Source of the DNA: a bacterium
Lineage (GTDB): Bacteria; Patescibacteriota; Minisyncoccia; Phycocordibacterales; UBA9973
Assembly (NCBI GenBank): GCA_037133845.1
Contig: JBAXNK010000001.1
Location: forward strand, 1 to 25,018
Length of the DNA stretch: 25,018 nt
Direction: 5' to 3'
A model generated the notes under the pieces. That model was not told the DNA's origin, ran no database searches, and saw only the letters and a program-made list of their open reading frames with translations. Shown here piece after piece: positions 15,661 to 24,619 of the stretch. A program made the position numbers and the translations under genes. The number at the start of each line of letters is the position of its first letter. Position 1 is the stretch's first letter.

Positions 15661-17361
15661 ATGACAACCACTTTTGACGAAGAGAATGAGAAAAAGGAGC
15701 TCGCGGATCTACGTAAGAACGAGGAGGAGGAGCTGATCAAGGCTATTGCCGAGCCCAAGTACGGAGTTCCGGCTATTAATCTTGCAAGTATGACTATAGA
15801 CAACGATGCGCTGCGCTCAATCCCTGAGCTCGATGCAGTCGCACAAGAAGTCGCACCATTCAAACTCCTCGGTAAGGACATCCACATCGCAGTTCGATCT
15901 CCGAGCACAGAGAACTTGGCCAATCTAGAGCGGTACTTCTCCGGTCATGGCTATATCCCCCACTTCTACATGGCATCACGCGCAAGTCTGACGAAAGCTT
16001 GGGAACGATATAAAGAAATATCTTATGCATCCGAATCTAAAGTCGGATCTATCGCCATATCTGGTGAATCACTGAAGAAAATAATGGCTGGGATCAAGAA
16101 TATAGACGATATCAAGAACTCGATCATGGAGATAGAGAAAGATAAGAGCCACACCACTTCACATATACTCGAAGTGGCGCTCGCTGGTGCTATCGCTATC
16201 GGAGCATCGGATCTGCACTTCGAACCAGAAGAAGACACCGTTCGCCTGCGCTTCCGTATGGACGGAGTACTTCATGAAGTCATGACCATCCCTCCGCTAG
16301 TACACAAATTCCTCAACTCTCGTATCAAGTTATTGTCCGGATTAAAAATTACTGCGCAGTCAGTCGCTCAGGATGGGCGCTTTAGTATCTGGCTCGATGA
16401 GGACGAGATCAGTCTACGTGTGTCTCTGATGCCGGGAGCCTACGGCGAGTCTATAGTCATGCGAATACTCAATCCGAAGTCTATACGCGTGAAGCTTGAA
16501 GACATGGGTATCGAGCCAAAGCTCTTCGAAGTCTTCATGCGAGAGATCCGCAAGCCGAACGGCATGGTGCTCCTGACTGGTCCAACTGGGTCCGGTAAGA
16601 CAACGACTCTCTACTCATTCCTACAGAAGATATACTCGCCAGAGATCAAGATCATAACCATCGAAGACCCTATCGAGTACCACCTACCAGGAATAACCCA
16701 GACTCAGACCAATGCTGAGAAGGGCTATACATTCCTCGAAGGTCTCCGCTCAGCACTGCGCCAAGACCCAGACGTGATCATGGTGGGAGAAATTCGTGAT
16801 AGTGAGACCGCGAAAATCGCGGTGGAGTCAGCGCTTACTGGACACATGGTGTTCTCGACCTTACATACGAACAATGCCGCTGGTGTAATCCCCCGCTTGA
16901 TAGACCTTGAGGTTAATCCGAAGATTCTAGTATCTGCCCTTTCACTTTCGATCGCTCAGCGCCTCGTGCGCAAGCTGTGTGTAAAGTGCAAAAAGGAGCA
17001 CCTCATCAGCGATGAGGAGATGAAGATCATCAAGAAGGTTATCGAGAATGCGAAAGTTCACAATAAAGACTTTGCTAATTACGGCGTAGATATGGGTGTG
17101 CCCTTCAAGATATATGAAGCCGTCGGATGCTCAGAGTGCAACACCACAGGATATAAAGGCCGTATGGGCATATTCGAAGCAGTCTACAACGATGCACAGA
17201 TAGAGGCAATCATTCCGAAGAACCCGAGTGAGCGTGAGATCAAGGAAGTTCAAGCAGGCCAAGGGTCACTTGATATGCGTGAAGACGGCATAGTGAAAAT
17301 ACTCAAAGGTATCACCTCTTATGACGAGGTGGGTTCAGTGGTAGATTTCTACGAAGAATAA
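15661..17361 (+). CDS. GspE/PulE/PilB-family secretion or pilus assembly ATPase
   Basis: Walker A GPTGSGKTT, TIEDPIEY, LRQDPDVIMVGEIRD, TGHMVFSTLHTN and a CxxC...CxxC zinc motif. Start at ATG 15661, 7 nt after TG-c-TATAAT. Confidence 0.92.
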   Translation: MTTTFDEENEKKELADLRKNEEEELIKAIAEPKYGVPAINLASMTIDNDALRSIPELDAVAQEVAPFKLLGKDIHIAVRSPSTENLANLERYFSGHGYIPHFYMASRASLTKAWERYKEISYASESKVGSIAISGESLKKIMAGIKNIDDIKNSIMEIEKDKSHTTSHILEVALAGAIAIGASDLHFEPEEDTVRLRFRMDGVLHEVMTIPPLVHKFLNSRIKLLSGLKITAQSVAQDGRFSIWLDEDEISLRVSLMPGAYGESIVMRILNPKSIRVKLEDMGIEPKLFEVFMREIRKPNGMVLLTGPTGSGKTTTLYSFLQKIYSPEIKIITIEDPIEYHLPGITQTQTNAEKGYTFLEGLRSALRQDPDVIMVGEIRDSETAKIAVESALTGHMVFSTLHTNNAAGVIPRLIDLEVNPKILVSALSLSIAQRLVRKLCVKCKKEHLISDEEMKIIKKVIENAKVHNKDFANYGVDMGVPFKIYEAVGCSECNTTGYKGRMGIFEAVYNDAQIEAIIPKNPSEREIKEVQAGQGSLDMREDGIVKILKGITSYDEVGSVVDFYEE

Positions 17362-17366
17362 TTAAA

Positions 17367-17462
17367 AATTCCCCTCTTGAGGGGTGGCTCGGTAATCCGA
17401 GACGGGGTGGAAGAATTCAAATTCTCCACCTCCCCCTTCGGGTACTCCTCAAGAGGAGAATT
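17367..17462. repeat. 96-bp structured intergenic element with terminal inverted repeats (REP/MITE-like)
   Basis: Left AATTCCCCTCTTGAGG (17367-17382) and right CCTCAAGAGGAGAATT (17447-17462) are inverted repeats with 15/16 identity. Internal hairpins: CTCGG-TAAT-CCGAG, GGTGG(A)AGAAT-TCAA-ATTCT-CCACC, CC-TTCG-GG. Confidence 0.7.
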
Positions 17463-17714
17463 ACTCTCCCACTAAAAAAGACATAAATTTCTAAACAATC
17501 CTTTGCAAGATAAACTCGTAAAGTAATATATGATTACAGGATAGTCACAGTAAAATATAAATATTAACCAAGACGTCCTACGCACATATATAGAGCACGG
17601 GGCCGATTGCTTAGAAACTTATGTCCTCTTTTATAAAGTGCTATAATCAGACTGTATTTATGTAAATACGAGGCTAATTACAACTAGAGAGAAGTATAGC
17701 ATAAAGAGAAAACT

Positions 17715-18722
17715 ATGTCAAGTACAAACCCTAAAACAAAAGATGCCCCCAACAATGAAGGATTCCTCGATCAGACCCTCCGACCGGGTATTTGGAGTGA
17801 GTATATAGGCCAGGAGAACATCAAAGCCAACCTCAAAATCCTCTTAACTGCGGCGGCAGAGCGCTCACACCCGGCTGAACACATACTTTTCTATGGTCCA
17901 CCAGGTCTCGGCAAGACAACTTTGGCGCACTTGATAGCCAAAGACACTGGTCGTCAGATCAAGATCACCTCAGGTCCTGCTATAGAGAAGGTCGGAGACC
18001 TCGCATCGATACTGACGAACCTCGCCCCTGGCGACATCGTCTTCATAGACGAGATTCACAGACTCAACAAGATGGTCGAGGAAGTCCTCTACCCTGCCAT
18101 GGAGTCTGGAGTGCTTGATATCATAATCGGCAAGGGCCCATCGGCTCGCACTATACAGCTCGAACTCCCACCATTTACCCTTATCGCCGCAACTACTCGC
18201 ATAGCACTGCTTTCTGCACCGCTGCGCTCTCGCTTCTCTGGAGGAGTCTTCCGACTCGAGTTCTACACAAAAGACGAGATCAAGAAGATCCTCGCCCGAT
18301 CGGCAAGTATACTAGGTGTTGAGCTTGATGATGCGGCACTGGAGGAGATAGCGATACGTGCACGATTCACACCACGTACTGCGAACTACTTCCTCAAGCG
18401 CTGCCGTGACTATGCACAAGTAAACAAGACGCCGATATCGAAAGAGTCCGTGAGGAAGGCACTTGCACTACTTGAGATAGACGAGCTTGGATTATCTGCT
18501 TCTGACCGCAGAATACTTGATATCATAATAAGTAAATTCAATGGTGGCCCAGTCGGAGTAAAGACGATAGCGGCTGCAACTAGCGAAGAAGAAGCAACCA
18601 TCGAGGAAGTTATCGAGCCATATCTCATCCAGCTGGGACTACTAGAGCGCACTGTACGCGGACGAGCAGTCACTAAGCGCGCATATGAGCATCTGGGCCA
18701 TGAGTACAACAAGGTAGTATGA
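17715..18722 (+). CDS. ruvB: Holliday junction branch migration helicase RuvB
   Basis: LRP...YIGQ, GPPGLGKTTLA, FIDEIHRL, LYPAMES, FTLIAATTR, GGPVG, IEPYLIQ. Confidence 0.97.
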   Translation: MSSTNPKTKDAPNNEGFLDQTLRPGIWSEYIGQENIKANLKILLTAAAERSHPAEHILFYGPPGLGKTTLAHLIAKDTGRQIKITSGPAIEKVGDLASILTNLAPGDIVFIDEIHRLNKMVEEVLYPAMESGVLDIIIGKGPSARTIQLELPPFTLIAATTRIALLSAPLRSRFSGGVFRLEFYTKDEIKKILARSASILGVELDDAALEEIAIRARFTPRTANYFLKRCRDYAQVNKTPISKESVRKALALLEIDELGLSASDRRILDIIISKFNGGPVGVKTIAAATSEEEATIEEVIEPYLIQLGLLERTVRGRAVTKRAYEHLGHEYNKVV

Positions 18723-19207
18723 GGATACTCGCGATAGATCCAGGATATGAGAGAGTGGGTATAGCAATTCTTGAGAAATCCCAAGGCAAGAGGGATGCGC
18801 TCATATACTCAAATTGTTTTAAAACAAAAGCATCAAAGGCTTTCCATGACAGACTCTCAGATATCGGTGATGAGCTTGAAGACGTTATTCAAAAATATAA
18901 GCCCGAGGCACTCGCCATAGAGAAGCTATATCTATCCACCAACCAAAAGACAGCGATGAATGTAGCCGAAGCACGAGGGGTTATGATATACATCGCATCA
19001 CAGAATGGACTTGATATATATGAATACACTCCCCCTCAGATCAAAGTTGCAGTCACTGGTTATGGCAAAGCCAGTAAAGACATGATCATGAGTATGGTGC
19101 CCAAGCTTATCAAGATCGAGTCACCTATAAAGTCCGACGATGAGATGGATGCATTGGCGATAGGACTGACATGTTTGGCCTGCGAAAAGTTTTCCACAGG
19201 CAAGTAG
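18719..19207 (+). CDS. ruvC: Crossover junction endodeoxyribonuclease RuvC
   Basis: ILAIDPG, AIEKLY, AEARGV, YTPPQIKVAVTGYGKASK and DDEMDALAIG; 4-nt overlap with ruvB. Confidence 0.95.
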   Translation: MRILAIDPGYERVGIAILEKSQGKRDALIYSNCFKTKASKAFHDRLSDIGDELEDVIQKYKPEALAIEKLYLSTNQKTAMNVAEARGVMIYIASQNGLDIYEYTPPQIKVAVTGYGKASKDMIMSMVPKLIKIESPIKSDDEMDALAIGLTCLACEKFSTGK

Positions 19208-19286
19208 TGTTGCAAATATAAAAGTATTTTGCTACAAATAATGCATTAATCAATTTAACGCGCGCAAGCGCTGATAAAGTATAACT

Positions 19287-19460
19287 ATGAGTTATAGAGA
19301 TGACGAAGAATTTAAAGAAGACGACTTAGAAGACGAAGAGCTGGGTCTAGACGCAGAACTGGACGACCCAATAGGCGATGACCTTGTATTGGATGATGAG
19401 CTACTAGAAGATGATGAGCCACTAGAGCCAATAGCAGATATCGAGGGCACCGAGTACTAG
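19287..19460 (+). CDS. Unannotated 57-aa highly acidic microprotein
   Basis: Manual translation: MSYRDDEEFKEDDLEDEELGLDAELDDPIGDDLVLDDELLEDDEPLEPIADIEGTEY*. 28 D/E and 2 K/R; fills the ruvC-tyrS gap; below the track's length cut-off. Confidence 0.75.
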   Translation: MSYRDDEEFKEDDLEDEELGLDAELDDPIGDDLVLDDELLEDDEPLEPIADIEGTEY

Positions 19461-19468
19461 GCTTCAGA

Positions 19469-20668
19469 TTATCTAAGCTCTATCTTACAAAACCTTTTCT
19501 TACCTATACGATACACTCCTGCACCTGCTTCGGCGGTGTGGGAGTTTATCTTTTCATCTTGATCTAAGTTTGTTATAGCGCCCTCATCTACAAGTCGACG
19601 GAAGTCTGACTTGGAAGATACTATTCCCTCTTTTGAAAGTACGTCTATGAGTAGATCTCCCGGTGCCACTTTTATTATCTGTACATCCTCTGGGATCTCA
19701 TTCTTCTGGAAAGTATTTGCGAAGCTATCTGATGCTTCTTGAGCAGCCTCTTCAGAGTGTAGTGTTGCAACTATGATTTGCGCCACACGCTTCTTTAGCT
19801 CCATTGGGTTTTTCTTTATATCAAAAGCTTCAATATCACCGATAGGTGTATCAGTCAGTAGCGTGAACATTGGTATGATAGCTTCATCGCCGAGAGACAT
19901 GATCTTGCCGTATAGATCACTAGGTTCATCTGTGAGACCTATGACATTACCTTCACTCTTACCTATCTTGACCCCCTTAGAATCAGCGAGCAGCGGTGTA
20001 GTCATGACAAATTTCTCCTTATTCTTTATGGCTTTCATTAAAGTACGGCCAGCGAGCATGTTGAATGTCTGATCAGAACCACCAAGTTCAAGATCTACGT
20101 CCATAGCCACAGAGTCGTATCCCTGAAGTAGTGGGTACAGGAATTCACGAAGATTGATGGTCTCTTGATTCTTGATGCGCTCTTGGAACATATCTCGCTC
20201 TATCAGCTGTTGAACAGAAAAGTTTTGAGCTATCCCCAAGATATCGACGAGCGTCAGCTTATTCAACCAATCACTGTTGTACATAATCTTTATAGGATTT
20301 GGTCCATCGAAACGCACAACTTTCGAAGCTTGTGACAAGTAGTCTACTGCGTTCGCACGGAGCTCTTCTTGTGTGAAGAACTTTTCACGAGTCTTCTTCT
20401 TGCCAGATGGGTCACCCGCCTGGCCTGTCCCATCCCCTACTAAGAATATAACCTCATGCCCCATGTCTTGCCATTGTCGGTGCTTACGTAAACCCACCAT
20501 GTGACCTATGTGTAGCTTGGATCCCGTAGGATCAAAGCCTTGGTATATCCTCAGTCTTCTACCAGAAGTTAATTCTTTCTCTAGAAATTCCTTAGACGGG
20601 TATATCTTATCCACCCCACGAGTTAGTAGCTCTTCTACTTTATTCTTATCTGTATTTACTTTATCCAT
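19469..20668 (-). CDS. tyrS: Tyrosyl-tRNA synthetase
   Basis: GFDPTGSKLHIGH (HIGH), YPLLQGYDSV, GGSDQTFN, KIGKS (KMSKS-like) and a C-terminal S4-like domain. Confidence 0.96.
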   Translation of the reverse strand: MDKVNTDKNKVEELLTRGVDKIYPSKEFLEKELTSGRRLRIYQGFDPTGSKLHIGHMVGLRKHRQWQDMGHEVIFLVGDGTGQAGDPSGKKKTREKFFTQEELRANAVDYLSQASKVVRFDGPNPIKIMYNSDWLNKLTLVDILGIAQNFSVQQLIERDMFQERIKNQETINLREFLYPLLQGYDSVAMDVDLELGGSDQTFNMLAGRTLMKAIKNKEKFVMTTPLLADSKGVKIGKSEGNVIGLTDEPSDLYGKIMSLGDEAIIPMFTLLTDTPIGDIEAFDIKKNPMELKKRVAQIIVATLHSEEAAQEASDSFANTFQKNEIPEDVQIIKVAPGDLLIDVLSKEGIVSSKSDFRRLVDEGAITNLDQDEKINSHTAEAGAGVYRIGKKRFCKIELR

Positions 20669-20735
20669 AACGCCATTCTAGCATAAAAGGTTATTTTTAT
20701 AAATTTATATTTGATTATGCTATGATATTATTTAT

Positions 20736-23255
20736 ATGCAAATATCACGTAAACACTGGATGAAAATGGGTATAAAGAACGCCATTTTCTTGTTTTTGGG
20801 CCTGATGGCCCTTCTCCTAGCTTGCATTGCCATATGGGTAAGCCAACTACAACTCCCCGACTTCAAGATGTTCTCTGATATCAAGGTTCAGAGTTCTAGT
20901 AAGATCTACGACCGTACAGGGAAGGTACTACTGTATGATGTAAATCAGAATATAAAGAGGACTGTAATACCAGATGAAGAAATAGGTGTTAATATCAAGA
21001 ATGCAACAGTCGCCATAGAAGACTCGGATTTCTATAATCACAATGGTATTCGTATCACCTCTATCATACGAGGCACTATCTGGGCCAAGCTTACCGGTAA
21101 AAAGGTACAAGGTGGGTCAACGATCACTCAACAGCTGATAAAGAACACGCTACTGACCGGTGAACGTACCATATCTCGCAAGGTCAAGGAGTGGATACTG
21201 GCCTTAAAGCTTGAGCGCATACTAAGTAAAGAAGAGATCCTCGCTCTATACTTAAACGAAGCACCTTATGGTGGTAACATCTATGGTATAAAAGAGGCAG
21301 CAGTAACTTTCTTTGGTAAAAATCCTACCGATCTAACCCTTGCCGAATCAGCATATCTTGCGGCCATACCCAACGCTCCAACATACTATTCCCCATATGG
21401 TAAGAACAAGAATAAACTGGAAGAGCGCAAGAATCTAGTTCTAAAAAGGGAGCTCGATATAAAGTTTATAACGCAGAAAGATTATGACACAGCGAAAGCT
21501 GAGAGGGTTACCTTTCTACCTGCTCAGCCAGTACACATCGCCGCACCTCACTTTGTATTCTTCATAAAAGATTATCTAGAGAAGAGGTACGGTGTAAATG
21601 CTCTTGAGGAAGGAGGTCTAAAAGTTATAACAACCCTAGACTACAACCTAGAGACAAAAGCAGAGGAGGTAGCCAAGAGGCATGCACTCGATAACGAGAA
21701 GCAATGGAACGGCAAGAATGCAGCAGTGGTAGCCATAGACCCAAAAACCGGGCAGATACTATCCATGGTTGGATCCCGTGACTACTTTGATAAAGGTATA
21801 GATGGTAACTTCAATGTCGCCACAGCATCTCGACAGCCAGGATCATCATTTAAACCAATCGTATACGCACTATCATTCAAAGAAGGATATACCTCGAAAA
21901 CAACACTGTTCGATGTGCCAACTGAGTTCAATGCTTCCTGTAGCCCAACAGGTAAGCCTCTGACAGACCACCCTACTGCTACCTGCTATATGCCAGATGA
22001 TTATGACAACAACACTCGTGGCCCTATGACACTCAAGGATGCCCTGGCTCAATCTATAAATATAGTGGCTGTTAAATTACTCTACTTGGTTGGTGTGCCA
22101 GATACAATCAAGATGGCGCATGATCTAGGCATCAGTACCCTCAATGACCCCACGCGCTACGGACTATCACTTGTTATCGGAGGTGGAGAAACTACATTAC
22201 TTGATATGACTTCAGTCTATGGTGTATTTGCGAACGAAGGAGTGCGTAATCCATACACTGGAATTTTATCAGTATCTGATAGCTCAGGAAATGTACTTGA
22301 ACAGTACGCACAGAGATCATACCCAGTACTTGATCCGAGCGTAACAAGGGAATTAGCTGATGTTCTAACAGATAACGTAGCTCGCACACCAACATTTGGA
22401 GCAAATTCCAGCCTAGTTATTCCAGGGCATGAAGTTGCGGTGAAGACTGGTACAACCAACAACAACAAGGATGCTTGGACTATCGGCTACACGCCATCTG
22501 TAGCTGTAGGGGTTTGGGTTGGTAATAATGACAATGTGCCTATGAAGAAGGGTGGTGCCGCACTTGCGGGTCCAATCTGGAACGAAGTTATGACCGAAGC
22601 ACTTAAGAATCTACCCACAGAATACTTCAATAAGCCAGATCCAATAGACCCATCTATCCCACCAATACTACGTGGATTCTGGCAAGGAGGAGAAACCTTT
22701 GTAACAGATATGAACTCGGGCTCACTTGCTACACCATACACACCGACAGACTCACGCAAGGAACAGTCCATAACCAACGTTCACACAATCCTTTACTGGA
22801 TAGATAAGAACAATCCCCTAAGCGGTAGACCAATAAATCCAGAGAGTGACTCTCAATACACAAACTGGGAGTATGGTGTGCAGAATTGGTGGAAAAATAA
22901 TAGTTATAAATATGATGTTGTGACTGCAACAGATAGGCCTAACACCGTCGACACAACTCATACAGAAAATTCCAAGCCATTATTGAACATAAGCGGCCTT
23001 TCTGATGCCACATACAGAAGCAGCGACACTGTAAATATCTACATAAATCCAATCAGTCAGAGTCCTATACGCAAAATAGATGTCTTTGTAAATGAAACAT
23101 ACTTGATGTCATTGAAGTCTGCACCATACTTAGTATCATTCACTCCGAGCAGTATCAGTAACATATCTAACGTAAACACTGTCCGGGCTATTGGTTACGA
23201 CGCAGCTGGAAACATTGGAGAAACAACTACAACATTCAACGTGGCAAGCAATTAA
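20736..23255 (+). CDS. Class A penicillin-binding protein (transglycosylase-transpeptidase) with a C-terminal Ig-like domain
   Basis: N-terminal TM; TG motifs AIEDSDFYNHNG, GGSTITQQLIKN, RKVKE and EILALYLN; TP motifs SSFK, SIN and KTGT. Confidence 0.93.
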   Translation: MQISRKHWMKMGIKNAIFLFLGLMALLLACIAIWVSQLQLPDFKMFSDIKVQSSSKIYDRTGKVLLYDVNQNIKRTVIPDEEIGVNIKNATVAIEDSDFYNHNGIRITSIIRGTIWAKLTGKKVQGGSTITQQLIKNTLLTGERTISRKVKEWILALKLERILSKEEILALYLNEAPYGGNIYGIKEAAVTFFGKNPTDLTLAESAYLAAIPNAPTYYSPYGKNKNKLEERKNLVLKRELDIKFITQKDYDTAKAERVTFLPAQPVHIAAPHFVFFIKDYLEKRYGVNALEEGGLKVITTLDYNLETKAEEVAKRHALDNEKQWNGKNAAVVAIDPKTGQILSMVGSRDYFDKGIDGNFNVATASRQPGSSFKPIVYALSFKEGYTSKTTLFDVPTEFNASCSPTGKPLTDHPTATCYMPDDYDNNTRGPMTLKDALAQSINIVAVKLLYLVGVPDTIKMAHDLGISTLNDPTRYGLSLVIGGGETTLLDMTSVYGVFANEGVRNPYTGILSVSDSSGNVLEQYAQRSYPVLDPSVTRELADVLTDNVARTPTFGANSSLVIPGHEVAVKTGTTNNNKDAWTIGYTPSVAVGVWVGNNDNVPMKKGGAALAGPIWNEVMTEALKNLPTEYFNKPDPIDPSIPPILRGFWQGGETFVTDMNSGSLATPYTPTDSRKEQSITNVHTILYWIDKNNPLSGRPINPESDSQYTNWEYGVQNWWKNNSYKYDVVTATDRPNTVDTTHTENSKPLLNISGLSDATYRSSDTVNIYINPISQSPIRKIDVFVNETYLMSLKSAPYLVSFTPSSISNISNVNTVRAIGYDAAGNIGETTTTFNVASN

Positions 23256-23256
23256 A

Positions 23257-23520
23257 CTACCTTATATCTACGAAGTGACTATCAGGAAGGATTTTAGACA
23301 AATCATCTAAAATATTCTTCTTATATATTAAGACCTGACTTTTCTGTATTGGTGAACCTTGGATACTAATACTTGCGCCATTAACTTTAATATTCTTATT
23401 TTCTAGCTTAACTCCTGAATAATGATAAACAGTTAATGACACAGCAGAGTAAACTTCCTCATTACTAGATAGAAGTTTCTTGAACTTACAAAGGAAGTCG
23501 GTGATGCGATTATAATCCAT
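23257..23520 (-). CDS. Probable DciA-like (DUF721-type) helicase loader; otherwise hypothetical
   Basis: 87 aa starting 1 nt after the dnaN stop. IKVNGASISIQGSPIQKSQVLIYKKNILDDLSK...VDIR resembles the DciA KH-like core pattern. Confidence 0.5.
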   Translation of the reverse strand: MDYNRITDFLCKFKKLLSSNEEVYSAVSLTVYHYSGVKLENKNIKVNGASISIQGSPIQKSQVLIYKKNILDDLSKILPDSHFVDIR

Positions 23521-23521
23521 A

Positions 23522-24619
23522 CTACCTGTTCATAGGCATCACTAGATACATAAATGATGCATCCCCTACTGCTCGTATGATCATGGCCCTATTTGAGCCG
23601 TTTAATTCGAGATTAAGGCTGTCACCTCCGATTGACTGGAAGCAATCTAGTATATATTTATAATTAAAGTTTGCTGATACATTCTCACCAGAGAGTGCAC
23701 CTGATAGTAGTGTAGTATTCTCACCTATATCAGCATTCTGTGACTCAACTTCAAAAACCTTTTCTTTAGGCTTAATAGTGAGCGTAACTTGATTGAATTT
23801 ATCTGAAAATACATTAGATATTTTAAGTGATGATATTAAGTCTTGTTTCAATATCACTGCCCCGGTCATTGGGTTCTTGGGTATGATCTGTATATAGTCC
23901 GGGAATGATCCATCCACAACACGAGATGTCAGATAAGTATTGGGTAAAAGGAACGATATTTGATTCTTAGAAAGAGTTATAACGATATCCCCATCTATAG
24001 CATCTAATATTTTTATTATCTCAACCGCATTTTTATATGGTATTAATATACCCTGAAAATCAAGCTTCTGTTTTATCTTAACCTTCTTCTCTGCAAGACG
24101 GAATGAATCTGTCGATACAAAAACAAGCATGTCTTCTTCGGGATATATGTACACACTGCCGATCTCTGGCTTAATCTCAGATATAGATGAACTATAATAT
24201 ACAGACTTCATTCCTTCTATAAACTTTTTACTTTGGATGGTTATCTTATCCCCTTCAACTATTGGTATGGTCGGAAAGTCTTCATAAGGAACACCTTTTA
24301 TTATCATAGTGCTGTGTTTTGTCTTAACAGATAAATTATTATTTATCATTTCAAAAACTACATTATCGCTACCTGATAGCTGAGAGAAGAGCGCTATCAA
24401 TACATCACTTCTAACAGCTATAACCCCCTCCTTATCTATCTTGGCTGGTACTTCTACTTCTATACCTAGATTCAAATTCGTTGACCTTAGTATGAGTTTC
24501 TTATTTGTAGCTACCCACAATATAGATCCGAGAACGGGAAGTGTAAGGTTTTTACCAGTTATCCTATCTGCCATCATTAATGCATTCTTTATTTTTTCTA
24601 CCTGACATTCTATTCGCAT
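23522..24619 (-). CDS. dnaN: DNA polymerase III beta sliding clamp
   Basis: LPVLGSIL, STNLNLGI, EDFPTIP, VSTDSFRLA, SRVVDGSFPDY, FNYKYILD, YLVMPM. Confidence 0.97.
   Translation of the reverse strand: MRIECQVEKIKNALMMADRITGKNLTLPVLGSILWVATNKKLILRSTNLNLGIEVEVPAKIDKEGVIAVRSDVLIALFSQLSGSDNVVFEMINNNLSVKTKHSTMIIKGVPYEDFPTIPIVEGDKITIQSKKFIEGMKSVYYSSSISEIKPEIGSVYIYPEEDMLVFVSTDSFRLAEKKVKIKQKLDFQGILIPYKNAVEIIKILDAIDGDIVITLSKNQISFLLPNTYLTSRVVDGSFPDYIQIIPKNPMTGAVILKQDLISSLKISNVFSDKFNQVTLTIKPKEKVFEVESQNADIGENTTLLSGALSGENVSANFNYKYILDCFQSIGGDSLNLELNGSNRAMIIRAVGDASFMYLVMPMNR

Noticed and set aside
14311-15677. Overlapping ORFs 14311..14841 and 15109..15456 (-) and several plus-strand ORFs, including 14317..14517
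   Set aside because: Expected open frames in GC-rich repetitive DNA; only 14402..15562 has a promoter, SD and signal peptide.
17463-17714. Long spacer before ruvB with a short GC-richer patch (about 17565-17612)
   Set aside because: No convincing ORF, fold or known ncRNA motif; a TG-c-TATAAT at 17639-17647 explains it as promoter and leader.
4037-19207. ruvA about 13 kb from ruvB-ruvC, with order ruvB-ruvC
   Set aside because: Split ruv loci are common, and the intervening DNA is mostly core genes with no sign of an insertion.
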